Shown here one piece after another: positions 18,003 through 26,226 of a stretch of 32,861 nucleotides of DNA (position 1 is the stretch's first letter; the number at the start of each line of letters is the position of its first letter). The position numbers and the translations under genes were made by a program. The stretch covers positions 1 through 32,861 of IMG/VR virus record IMGVR_UViG_3300025020_000007, one strand, 5' to 3'. The notes under the pieces are model-generated. The model ran no database searches and had not been told where the DNA came from. It was given only the letters and a program-made list of their open reading frames with translations. The stretch comes from a virus (taxonomy: Duplodnaviria; Caudoviricetes).

Positions 18003-19040
18003 TTAACGCATCACCGTAACCTTAGCCATTGCTTGCCAACGGGTAGGAAAGCTCTTAACCAAGTCACCAATCTTCAATGCGGTGCGCAACGAAATTTCAC
18101 GCATCTTAGCATGGTTAGCAAACAAGTAGTCAATGATTTCAGCTTCCTGCTCTTTACTGAACTCGTAGCTGTTGAACAGTTCACCAGTCGCTGCGATCTG
18201 CTTGATGCGCAACAGCTTGTCACGCACAGTGTCCAGGGTCAAATCCAGGTAGTGGCAACGTGATTCCAACGCATTCAAGTGATCAGCCAACTTCTTGCTC
18301 TTGATGTTGTCAAACTTCAAGTTGGTAATGAAAATAATGGAACCTTTGTAATCAAACGAGTCCGGGATGCCTTCGCGGCGCAGAGCATGCGATTCACCAC
18401 CCCAGCAAATACGACGGCGCTTGCTCGTGTCCAACGCTGACTTCAGCAAGTTCAAGGAAATGTCGTCGTAAAACATGTTGTCGCAGTCGTCAAACACCAA
18501 GACACAGTCTTTATCGCTGAACTCATACAGCTTTTGATACAAGCCAATGGCAGTCATAGAGCCTTTGATCACATCTGAACGAGCACGCTTATTTTGGATT
18601 TTGTCAAAAAGTGACGCACGTTCAATTTCAGTTTCAACACCAAAGCTCTTACCTACGCCAGGAGGGCCAGTAACAATCATGGCGCGAACGTTGCCTTCAA
18701 TACAAGCAACGGACATTTCACGCAAGATTTCAAAACGCTCAGCAATACGAGCCATCACTACATCGTCAGATTCTTTGTGCTTTTCACCAGTAACGGATTC
18801 TGCTACTGGCAGCAAATCCTTGCTCTGAGCAAAATAGTCGTCCTCAGTAACAAACTCATACGCTGAAGGGCTAGCAACAGCAATACGGATATTACGGTCT
18901 TTTTTGTAGTATGCGCCATTTACCGTAACAAAACCACCCTTGGTACCCATCTTGAAGTGTTCAACAAGCGGCAAAACTACATTTTGAACATTTTGACCAG
19001 CGTAAGTGCCTTTGGAGATTTTAACGTATGCTTGAGCCAT
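18003..19040 (-). CDS. AAA+ ATPase
   Basis: Walker A GPPGVGKS, Walker B LVFDD, sensor-1 IFITN, Arg finger ALESR. Confidence 0.85.
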   Translation of the reverse strand: MAQAYVKISKGTYAGQNVQNVVLPLVEHFKMGTKGGFVTVNGAYYKKDRNIRIAVASPSAYEFVTEDDYFAQSKDLLPVAESVTGEKHKESDDVVMARIAERFEILREMSVACIEGNVRAMIVTGPPGVGKSFGVETEIERASLFDKIQNKRARSDVIKGSMTAIGLYQKLYEFSDKDCVLVFDDCDNMFYDDISLNLLKSALDTSKRRRICWGGESHALRREGIPDSFDYKGSIIFITNLKFDNIKSKKLADHLNALESRCHYLDLTLDTVRDKLLRIKQIAATGELFNSYEFSKEQEAEIIDYLFANHAKMREISLRTALKIGDLVKSFPTRWQAMAKVTVMR

Positions 19041-19074
19041 TTAATAACATCCTATTATTTGCTGCGATACGAGT

Positions 19075-19103
19075 ATTATACAGCCGAATCACCGTTTAGT
19101 CAA
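19075..19103 (-). promoter_or_regulatory. Sigma70-type early promoter
   Basis: TTGACT-17 nt-TATAAT. Confidence 0.85.
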
Positions 19104-19126
19104 CACTTATTTGCCAAAGATTTGGG

Positions 19127-19507
19127 CTAAAGTACAGTTTCTTTTGAGGATAGAATCTCCCAAGGTGTTGCTTTTAAGTGACACTTTTCCAGTGTAACGT
19201 CACGCTGCTCTTGAGTTAACCTCGTCCAATATTGGACCGCATAGTAACTACCCTTACACTCAGCCGGGCACACATACTGAATCCACTTACACAGATTTGA
19301 AATAGCTTCCCAGGTATTGTTTGGGTGTGAGGAGTTCACTACTTTAAACAAATCACCACAGTACAATGCTTCAAAAAACGAGCCTGGATATAACCCACGT
19401 ACTACATACTGATAGGTGACTTCCTGCCAATCATCAGGGACATCAAACCCGTCAAACGATCTAAAAAACTTATGTAACGGGTCAGGGCAATGTGCTGGTA
19501 AACTCAT
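19127..19507 (-). CDS. Hypothetical protein
   Basis: 126-aa ORF on the coding strand. Confidence 0.65.
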   Translation of the reverse strand: MSLPAHCPDPLHKFFRSFDGFDVPDDWQEVTYQYVVRGLYPGSFFEALYCGDLFKVVNSSHPNNTWEAISNLCKWIQYVCPAECKGSYYAVQYWTRLTQEQRDVTLEKCHLKATPWEILSSKETVL

Positions 19508-19522
19508 TGAGTATAAGATGCA

Positions 19523-19888
19523 TTAGGTTAGGTTTTGCTCACGCAGTTTTTTCAGTAACACCAGCAAATCGCGTGTTGCCGTTCCAGTAAGCTCTTCAAC
19601 TGTTGCGACATTTATAAACGCATTGACAAACCCACTGGCACGATTAGCATAATCTTGAAACTTGTCAAGGTTGAGCAAGCGTGGTACTGATTGTCTAGCA
19701 ACACAAAGGCCAGTTTCCTTGTTAAAGTTATCATTTGCTGCGCAAATAGCGAACCTCACATTTACCAACCGTAGAGTGTAATCAACAGTAAACAAGAATG
19801 TGACGCCACCCAGGTTTGAGTCGTTTCCGTTGTTGTCAGTAGGCCGCAAATAGCGCGCAAATTCTACTACTGTGTTGTTGGGGTTCAT
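19523..19888 (-). CDS. Hypothetical protein
   Basis: 121-aa ORF with AAGGA SD; FAIC..DNFNKETG motif. Confidence 0.7.
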   Translation of the reverse strand: MNPNNTVVEFARYLRPTDNNGNDSNLGGVTFLFTVDYTLRLVNVRFAICAANDNFNKETGLCVARQSVPRLLNLDKFQDYANRASGFVNAFINVATVEELTGTATRDLLVLLKKLREQNLT

Positions 19889-19917
19889 ACTATTTCCTTT
19901 TCATGAGTTAAAAAACT

Positions 19918-19992
19918 TGGTGCGCCCGGTGGGAGTTGAACCCACTTTCAACGGCTTATGAGGCCGCTGCTTGACCGTTAAGCTTCAGGCGC
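19918..19992 (-). tRNA. tRNA with CAU anticodon, probably tRNA-Ile2 (otherwise elongator Met)
   Basis: Full 75-nt cloverleaf with loop CTCATAA and encoded CCA. G1-C72 is paired (so not initiator), and C4-G69/C5-G68 match TilS determinants. Confidence 0.9.
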
Positions 19993-20004
19993 ATCCTTTT
20001 GTCT

Positions 20005-20033
20005 AGTATAACATCTTACCCGTTAAATGTCAA
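20005..20033 (-). promoter_or_regulatory. Sigma70-type promoter for tRNA(CAU)
   Basis: TTGACA-17 nt-TATACT, 12 nt upstream of the tRNA. Confidence 0.85.
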
Positions 20034-20523
20034 CTGTTTTTTGCTCACGGACTACCGAAATATTACTGATTTTTTCAATGCCTTTGACCTCGCTGTTATA
20101 CAATCTACCGGTCTGATTTGGCACATCAGGAACAATAATGCGAAACGTAACATTATCCACCTGCGGATTCAGCTGAATAGCCATCTTAAAGATGTCAATG
20201 AAATCATAGTCCATTGACACTACTGTGATTTCTTTGTAGCCATCAGTTATCGCCTTTTGGATATAAGCACCAATGAACTTGTCTGTGGTTTCTTTACCTG
20301 TCGTTAGCCCGCGAAGATAGATTTTGTTGATTTTTTCTGACGATTTAGAAAGAATCTTTGGCGGGTTTTCTTCACCACGAAGGGTACGAACAAGATGAGT
20401 TTCAATCCCTCGCAAATGTTTCGCATAGGCATCAAGAATGCACGGCAGCGGGTTATCTCCGTCAAGGAACGCAATCTTCGTTGGCTTGACATGAAAAAGT
20501 TTAACCATCAGGTTTAAAAGCAT
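20023..20523 (-). CDS. NYN/PIN-like (LabA/DUF88) domain protein, putative RNase
   Basis: IAFLDGDN ... KETTDKFI ... VVSMDYDF acidic PIN set. Start re-assigned downstream of the promoter at 20554-20582. Confidence 0.7.
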   Translation of the reverse strand: MLLNLMVKLFHVKPTKIAFLDGDNPLPCILDAYAKHLRGIETHLVRTLRGEENPPKILSKSSEKINKIYLRGLTTGKETTDKFIGAYIQKAITDGYKEITVVSMDYDFIDIFKMAIQLNPQVDNVTFRIIVPDVPNQTGRLYNSEVKGIEKISNISVVREQKTVDI

Positions 20524-20553
20524 GCTACTGTACCTGTTTGTTCCTATGCTGGT

Positions 20554-20582
20554 ATTATAGCGTGAAATCACCCAAATGTCAA
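20554..20582 (-). promoter_or_regulatory. Perfect-consensus sigma70 promoter
   Basis: TTGACA-17 nt-TATAAT. Confidence 0.9.
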
Positions 20583-20588
20583 CAAAAA

Positions 20589-20834
20589 TCACACGATTTC
20601 TTCAATAATCCCCAAGATTTCAGCTAAAATCAGCAGCACACCAGCCGTGTAAATGTGACTAGTAGTTAGGGCAAGTCCAGCAGCGATTCTTAACCCGCTT
20701 TTCACGAAACTAATGTTACGGTGCAACGTTGGGTCAGGTGGAGCTAACTCTTTTTTGTTATGCTCACAGCGACCTTGATTCCAGTCGCATGCTGATGACG
20801 GTTCTTTACCGCACGTTCTACACTTTTCTACCAT
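20589..20834 (-). CDS. Small membrane protein with N-terminal Cys cluster
   Basis: CRTC..C..C..H followed by two hydrophobic segments; GGAG SD. Confidence 0.65.
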   Translation of the reverse strand: MVEKCRTCGKEPSSACDWNQGRCEHNKKELAPPDPTLHRNISFVKSGLRIAAGLALTTSHIYTAGVLLILAEILGIIEEIV

Positions 20835-20835
20835 A

Positions 20836-21225
20836 TTATCTCCTCATGTTAGCTAAATCTACAGCGTCAGCTTGTTTAAAAATTGGAATCGCATTGCTCT
20901 TGTGTAGCTGCCCAATTCCGAGCATTTCAGAACCTGAATACACTTTTTGTGGTGCTAGGGTAGCGTTGCCAAACCCAGTGCCGCGACTTGGAATATGGGC
21001 GGTTGATCTTTGTGCCGGTGCTGCTAAGTGGTAACGCAATGGTTCAGCTTTCATAGCTCGTGCCCGTTTACGTTCTTCCTCTACTACACCATGCTGCTTC
21101 TTCAGCATTGCCCATTCTTGTTCAAGTCTCATGTGCTGTTGCTTTGCTGCGGCGGAGGCGAACTTTTGCTTACCTTTTTTCTTGCCAGTGGTGCTAAAAC
21201 TGGGCGGCATTAGATGCATTGTCAT
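20836..21225 (-). CDS. Basic phage hypothetical protein
   Basis: GAGGAG SD; C-terminal YSG..LGIGQLHKSNAIPIF motif. Confidence 0.7.
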   Translation of the reverse strand: MTMHLMPPSFSTTGKKKGKQKFASAAAKQQHMRLEQEWAMLKKQHGVVEEERKRARAMKAEPLRYHLAAPAQRSTAHIPSRGTGFGNATLAPQKVYSGSEMLGIGQLHKSNAIPIFKQADAVDLANMRR

Positions 21226-21226
21226 G

Positions 21227-21475
21227 TCAAAACTCCTCTAACACTAGTTCTTTAGGGGAGGCAGTGATCTTGCCGTAGTAGTCAAGTTGATTGCGTTCGT
21301 GAACCGTTAGCGTGGTGTCGCTGTAGACGCAGTGCGAGATCACTTTTTCAGGAATCTGCTTGGCTGCTGTAGCTGCGATCTCTTCAACTTTTTCCAAGTC
21401 TAAGTAGTTAGGCAGCTTGACCAGATACTCTGGGCCAGCTTTGCGTTTAATGCGAGTGGTGAAAACTAGCTTCAT
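21227..21475 (-). CDS. Hypothetical protein
   Basis: AGGAG SD; 82 aa. Confidence 0.65.
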   Translation of the reverse strand: MKLVFTTRIKRKAGPEYLVKLPNYLDLEKVEEIAATAAKQIPEKVISHCVYSDTTLTVHERNQLDYYGKITASPKELVLEEF

Positions 21476-21478
21476 GCT

Positions 21479-21775
21479 TTACTCCTGTGCAGTGAGGGTT
21501 ACTGAGAGAACGCTGTCAATGCGAAACGACCGCCACTCTTGCTTGTCCGTGCAAAATACCCGCAGAGTCTGCTCATTTTCCTTGCGTTCTACTTTGCCTT
21601 CTGCTAAGGGTTTGGCGGGTGGTAGCAGCTCTGCCTGCAAGGTGCAGGGCATCACTCGCCGCTCGCCGTTCACTTTCGTAAACTCAACGGTTGCGACCCC
21701 AGAACGTAAGATTTCAGTAAGCTCTTGCCGTTTTTCAGCGAGCCCGGCTGACAATGTGACGGATTTTTGTTTCAT
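21479..21775 (-). CDS. WYL-like/SH3-fold protein (DUF2693-like)
   Basis: VEFTKVNGERRVMPCTL...VFCTDKQEWRSFRIDSV. Confidence 0.75.
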   Translation of the reverse strand: MKQKSVTLSAGLAEKRQELTEILRSGVATVEFTKVNGERRVMPCTLQAELLPPAKPLAEGKVERKENEQTLRVFCTDKQEWRSFRIDSVLSVTLTAQE

Positions 21776-21808
21776 ATCATCTTTCTATAGTTTATAACAC
21801 GATACTGA

Positions 21809-21837
21809 AGTATAGCATAACAGCAATGGAAAGTCAA
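21809..21837 (-). promoter_or_regulatory. Sigma70-type early promoter
   Basis: TTGACT-17 nt-TATACT. Confidence 0.8.
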
Positions 21838-22571
21838 GTATTATTTTGCCACGGAAACTTGCCGTCTGGAAAACGAGCTAACGCATACTTATTTCCATTG
21901 ATGAAATGTAATGCGTTAACTGACAATGGATTTCCACCCAATCTGTAGTTCAGTGTATATTTTCCAGTACACCTGTATACCCCTGCACCATACTTTTCAT
22001 GTACTGTTTTAAAGAATTTTCTGTCAGCTGCACGATCATTAAACCATAAATGACCGTTTTCTTTAAAAAACTGGTTAGTGAAACAATACGTGTTGCATTC
22101 TACCATTCCACTGTAATAAGGATCAGATTTTGATTCACCAATGGATTCGTGGTTATCTTCACAAATATATGTGCCATCTTTTTCAATAATCTGTCTCAAA
22201 CTATGTGCCCATGACAGCTTTTCAGTCTCACATTTGGTTATCAATGATTCAACATGGGTTGGATCGTACCAGTTATCCTGATCCAAAAATAAGATGTAAT
22301 CGTGATTTACTAACTGTCTGAATCCAGCGTAGATTCTGTGTCCGTAATATATTATTCTGCCAGGTGGATTACCAGTATTAAAAGGTAGCACTACCTTAGA
22401 TACCTTTGACCTATTGCTTGCAGCAAGGGCAGAGGTAGTAAGTTCATCAAACTGCATTCCATCTACTACAACTAAATGATCAGTTGGATATGTTTGAGCT
22501 GCAACAGAGTTCACTGCTGCAGTCAACTCGCTAGCTCCTACTGTTGGGGTTATTACTAATGCGGTTTTCAT
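21834..22571 (-). CDS. GT-A fold (family 2-like) glycosyltransferase
   Basis: VITPT, SVAAQTY, VVVDG, ILFLDQD (DxD). Confidence 0.85.
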   Translation of the reverse strand: MKTALVITPTVGASELTAAVNSVAAQTYPTDHLVVVDGMQFDELTTSALAASNRSKVSKVVLPFNTGNPPGRIIYYGHRIYAGFRQLVNHDYILFLDQDNWYDPTHVESLITKCETEKLSWAHSLRQIIEKDGTYICEDNHESIGESKSDPYYSGMVECNTYCFTNQFFKENGHLWFNDRAADRKFFKTVHEKYGAGVYRCTGKYTLNYRLGGNPLSVNALHFINGNKYALARFPDGKFPWQNNT

Positions 22572-22621
22572 TTAACTCGGTGAAAGCGTGGTTACGATAG
22601 TGAATACACAGTGCTTATTTT

Positions 22622-23245
22622 TCAAACCTTGGTATACTGTCTTGCATCAATGTAATACCGATTATACGGGTCATTTTCAGAAATGTGCTCATATCCTGCT
22701 GCCAGCAATGCTGGTTCCCAGGAAGCATAAACTCCGATTGTTGATAATGGTTTTACTGCTTCAATGCATAAAATTTTTGGTCTATATTTGTCCCAATCCA
22801 TTCCAGCAATAACATTCCCTTCAAATCCCTCGACATCAATCTTGAGAAAATCCACTGGGTGGTGCTTTATATAGATATCAAATAAAATACTCAATGGAAC
22901 TGCCATGATTGACAATGTCGGCCACGAGTTGTCTGCATATTCTGGCACTGCGGTGGTAAGTCCGTCTTTCCCCACTCCAACATATAGTGTTATCTCGCTT
23001 CGGGTATTACTACATGCGATATTTAAGTTAACATCTCTTGTACGTGAAGTCATTAGTTCAGAGAATCGCTGTGGCTGCGGTTCAATGTTCAACCCGCACC
23101 AACCTTTATCATAAAAATATTTAGTAACACTACCTTGGTCGGTTGGCGAATGAGCCCCTACATCAACGTAAATCCCAGCGTCCTTGAAGCCAGTTAGCCT
23201 GTCAAGTATTTTATCTTCGCCGCCAGTGCAATTATAATTATTCAT
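22622..23245 (-). CDS. FkbM-family SAM methyltransferase
   Basis: YVDVGAH, GLNIEP, FLKIDVEGFE. Confidence 0.9.
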   Translation of the reverse strand: MNNYNCTGGEDKILDRLTGFKDAGIYVDVGAHSPTDQGSVTKYFYDKGWCGLNIEPQPQRFSELMTSRTRDVNLNIACSNTRSEITLYVGVGKDGLTTAVPEYADNSWPTLSIMAVPLSILFDIYIKHHPVDFLKIDVEGFEGNVIAGMDWDKYRPKILCIEAVKPLSTIGVYASWEPALLAAGYEHISENDPYNRYYIDARQYTKV

Positions 23246-24053
23246 GATGTTGTTTAACTAAAAATTTAAGAATTGGGTCATCATTTGGGATGCATAGCAT
23301 GTTTAGCCCAGCATCGTGCAAAGAGTAATCAAACGACTTTACTAACTCTACTAGTGTTGTTTGGTTGCCTTTTAGTCGCTCCACTTGCAAAATTGGTTTA
23401 CATCGTAGTATAGTATCTTTGGCACCAAGAATAACTTGTGCCTCCATACCCTCAACATCTAACTTTAAGAAATCAAGACGTGGTAAATTCAATGAGTCGA
23501 CAGATATAGCCTGCACTGATTGACATTTAGTCATGTCGATACGTTGCCCAATGTCTTCACTCTTGTCTGTATATTGCATCTCAAGGCTACCAAAGCTAGA
23601 TGGGCGTAAATAGTCAGGTACTGGAATATCGATATTCGTTGGTTCTTGCGCCAATGCATTCCAGCGTACAGTAACATTAAACAAGTTATTCATCGCCACA
23701 TTGCCAGCTAATGCGTAGAATACACGCTCTTGTGCTTCAAAAGAAAGAACGGACCCCCATCCTTGCATTAGCCTTCCAGCAGTCAATGAATGCACCCCAA
23801 TGTTTGCCCCACCATCAATCATTATTACACCGTCACCACGAAGTTGTTTCAGTAATACTAAAACTTGCATAATCAAATTCAACTCAGGCGGGTCAAATGA
23901 CGAGGTTTCTAACAATACATGCCCAACACCGTACACATATCCACTTGGCTCTGTGTTGAAATCAAATCTGTTTACAAGCATAGAACCGTGATCGGTTGCG
24001 AGCATCACAAACGCATTTTTCTTTCCTAACCTACCATGTGGCCAATTAATCAT
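23238..24053 (-). CDS. FkbM-family SAM methyltransferase
   Basis: IDGGANIG, VLSFEAQ, FLKLDVEGME. Confidence 0.9.
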   Translation of the reverse strand: MINWPHGRLGKKNAFVMLATDHGSMLVNRFDFNTEPSGYVYGVGHVLLETSSFDPPELNLIMQVLVLLKQLRGDGVIMIDGGANIGVHSLTAGRLMQGWGSVLSFEAQERVFYALAGNVAMNNLFNVTVRWNALAQEPTNIDIPVPDYLRPSSFGSLEMQYTDKSEDIGQRIDMTKCQSVQAISVDSLNLPRLDFLKLDVEGMEAQVILGAKDTILRCKPILQVERLKGNQTTLVELVKSFDYSLHDAGLNMLCIPNDDPILKFLVKQHHE

Positions 24054-24880
24054 TAAATATTCCTGTAAGAAAATGTAGCACCAACGTCTCGATCAAACTT
24101 GTTAAAATGAGTATTAGCTGGATCAAGCCAGCTAAACATCATATTGCGGATATCTCCTGGCTGATATTGAATTAGCGTAGATTGCGGGTATTCCATCAAT
24201 ACGATGCGTTTTTCCACTCTTGGATAGCAGTTTGCAATGTGCATTGGTCCACTGTTAACACCAATAAACTTAGCAGATGTTGCTATCTCTTTTGCTGTTT
24301 GCCAGTAGTCGTATTGCCCACGACGATCAATGCTATGCCCGCCAAGCGGAATATCGTCCTTACCACCAACTTGAATAATCTGATAATCACTATAGTTTTT
24401 CAATATAGTTGCCATTACTTCAGCACTCATAATACGTTCGGCATCTTCACCTAATGAAGTACGTATTGCTGGTTCGCCGTCGCGTGTGCGATCACTGCCA
24501 GAAGTATGAACTACTATTTTGTTTGGCTGGATTTTTTCATCTTCATAAATGTACAGCCTTGGATGACGTAACGTAACATTAGTTAAGTTAAAACTACGGC
24601 ACATGAATTCAGTTTGACTATGCATTGTTGTAGTATGCATTGTTTTATAATACAGCTCAACATGCTGCTGAATTCGAGCGTCAGGAACTATATCGATAGT
24701 GGTAATATCTTTTGCTTCCTCTTCTGTCATAAATGTGACATAGGGATTGTGTTTAAACGCCCATATCTTAGAGTCCGCGATGACGACCCGCTCGCCAGTA
24801 AACTTGAAAATATTTTCAGGTAGTGCAGTAGTACAAACCTGATCTCCAATATGATAAAAGTTAAAATGTAACTTATGCAT
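24053..24880 (-). CDS. GT-B fold (family 9, heptosyltransferase-like) glycosyltransferase
   Basis: HIGDQVCTT, IIQVGG, FIGVNSGPMHIA. Confidence 0.75.
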   Translation of the reverse strand: MHKLHFNFYHIGDQVCTTALPENIFKFTGERVVIADSKIWAFKHNPYVTFMTEEEAKDITTIDIVPDARIQQHVELYYKTMHTTTMHSQTEFMCRSFNLTNVTLRHPRLYIYEDEKIQPNKIVVHTSGSDRTRDGEPAIRTSLGEDAERIMSAEVMATILKNYSDYQIIQVGGKDDIPLGGHSIDRRGQYDYWQTAKEIATSAKFIGVNSGPMHIANCYPRVEKRIVLMEYPQSTLIQYQPGDIRNMMFSWLDPANTHFNKFDRDVGATFSYRNI

Positions 24881-25002
24881 TCGTATGTTAAACTACTTTA
24901 ACTTCAATATAGTCTTTGGTCAACTGCTACACGACTAAAGATCGTGTAGCTTGCCCACTCCCATGACCAACTGGCAAGATTATGCCAGATCTCTCGATTT
25001 TA

Positions 25003-25281
25003 CTAGTCATTTTCTGTAGGGCCAATGGAGTTTTCCAAATCGCCTGTTGCTTGCGACTTCATTGCTTCCCCGTAGCAGTCAAGTTGACCGACACGGAGGA
25101 TATTCTTAGCAGCATTTATATCACGATCATGATGGGTTCCACAATTTGGACAAGTCCATTCTCTGGTTCCAAGATCCAGCTTTTCAAGTTTGTGATCGCA
25201 GGAACTACAGGTTTTACTCAGAAGGACTTGTTGGTCTTCCGTTGGGTAAATCCGGTATTTGTATGCGAGTAGTTGTTTCAT
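25003..25281 (-). pseudogene. tnpB: Internally deleted tnpB (N-terminal HTH start fused to the Zn finger/RuvC-III end)
   Basis: MKQLLAYKYRIYPTEDQQVLLSKT|CSSC...WTCPNCGTHHDRDINAAKNI; RuvC-I and RuvC-II are missing. Confidence 0.88.
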
Positions 25282-25310
25282 GCTATTATTTATCTGATCT
25301 GTTTCTTTGT

Positions 25311-25448
25311 CATAAATATTTTTATACAAAATTAAGAAAGACCATCAAATGGGAGAAACATATATTTTGGTCATCTGGTTACTTTGTTTGTTCTACAGGA
25401 GATGCATCAACTGAAACAATAGCCAAATACATAGCTGAACAAGGATGA
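25311..25448 (+). pseudogene. tnpA: 3' remnant of IS200 Y1 transposase
   Basis: FWSSGYFVCSTGDASTETIAKYIAEQG retains the catalytic YxxxQ; no HUH motif and no start codon. Confidence 0.85.
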
Positions 25449-25457
25449 TTTGTTCGC

Positions 25458-25646
25458 TTACATCCACTTGTCTGAAGATCCAGTGGTTTTACGCTCGGGG
25501 ATAAATTTCAAGTCTTGAAATTTATCATTGATAAATTTCAAGGCCTTACGACTCGAATCGAACACATATTCCTCGTTGCCGTCCTCAGTGTTGAGAGTAA
25601 GCAAGAAGCCATTTTTCACCTTACGAATTTCAATTGACTCAAACAT
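25458..25646 (-). CDS. Small phage protein interrupted by the IS (original C-terminus KDYIEVKVV at 24888-24918)
   Basis: AAGGA SD. The ORF reads into the IS left end, and joining the flanks gives in-frame ...LKFIKDYIEVKVV*. Confidence 0.75.
   Translation of the reverse strand: MFESIEIRKVKNGFLLTLNTEDGNEEYVFDSSRKALKFINDKFQDLKFIPERKTTGSSDKWM
25500..25542. repeat. Triple alternating inverted repeat of GATAAATTTCAAG
   Basis: GATAAATTTCAAG-T-CTTGAAATTTATC-ATT-GATAAATTTCAAG. Confidence 0.9.
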
Positions 25647-25672
25647 TATATGTCCTTTAGTTTAGATACTCT

Positions 25673-25701
25673 ATAATAGCAGAATGGCTGCTAAAAAGCA
25701 A
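25673..25701 (-). promoter_or_regulatory. Sigma70-type promoter overlapping an inverted repeat
   Basis: TTGCTT-17 nt-TATTAT. Confidence 0.5.
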
Positions 25702-25729
25702 CCATTTTGGCTAAATCTGTGTAATAAGA

Positions 25730-26038
25730 TCAGTCTGCCGCTACTGACGCCTCACCAGCTCGCAGTGTTCTGGTCCCGGGTGGAGGTGCATCTTTTGGTT
25801 GCCCACCTGTGAAGCCCCCGCCACCGCTTGGTCGTTTCATCGATTTTGCCTGTACATCAGATTCATGCTGTGTCTTGGCCAGCAATTTCATATACTGTTT
25901 GCGATCTGCGTGACATGCAAATCCAAGTAATGCCCCGATGGTTTTGGTGCGTTTAGCCATGTTCGTGCCCTTTGGACACTTCAGCCTAGTCTCCAAGTTT
26001 ACACCAGGTACTTTAGTGTTGCTATTTCCAGTTGTCAT
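25730..26038 (-). CDS. Hypothetical basic protein (start uncertain; may begin at MAKRTK)
   Basis: AAGGA SD before the ATG at 26038. Confidence 0.55.
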   Translation of the reverse strand: MTTGNSNTKVPGVNLETRLKCPKGTNMAKRTKTIGALLGFACHADRKQYMKLLAKTQHESDVQAKSMKRPSGGGGFTGGQPKDAPPPGTRTLRAGEASVAAD

Positions 26039-26067
26039 GTTTTTCCTTTAAAGTTTAGATGAAATTT

Positions 26068-26220
26068 TGGTGCCCAATGTCTGATTCGAACAGACGGCCT
26101 ACCGCTTACCTTTTGGAGTTTAACTCTCCTGTGCTGGAGACTATATTAAATAGTCTCCAGAGGAGGAAGGTCATTATCCTTCCTGGAAAGGCGGTTGCTC
26201 TACCCCTGAGCTAATCGGGC
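26068..26220 (-). tRNA. tRNA-Thr (probably UGU) interrupted by a 78-nt anticodon-loop insert
   Basis: Intact acceptor stem GCCCGAT/ATTGGGC-A-CCA, D arm, ACCGC/GCGGT anticodon stem and TTCGAAT T-loop. Removing 26110-26187 gives loop CTTGTAA. Confidence 0.85.
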
Positions 26221-26226
26221 TGATTA

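Larger units (their letters stand above)
24919..25500 (-). mobile_element. Non-autonomous IS200/IS605-family element (582 bp) with deleted tnpA and tnpB
   Basis: Right-end hairpin 24926-24950 ending TTGAC; left-end hairpin 25464-25486; target TTTAT at 25501-25505; divergent tnpA/tnpB remnants. Removing it restores a reading frame. Confidence 0.85.

Noticed and set aside
25146-25310. 5' part of the 100-aa plus-strand ORF as part of TnpA
   Set aside because: It is antisense to the tnpB remnant; only the last ~45 codons resemble TnpA.
26106-26190. Archaeal-type bulge-helix-bulge intron at 37/38 giving tRNA-Glu(UUC)
   Set aside because: A loose BHB can be drawn, but the product would have C37 and a non-Glu acceptor/discriminator.
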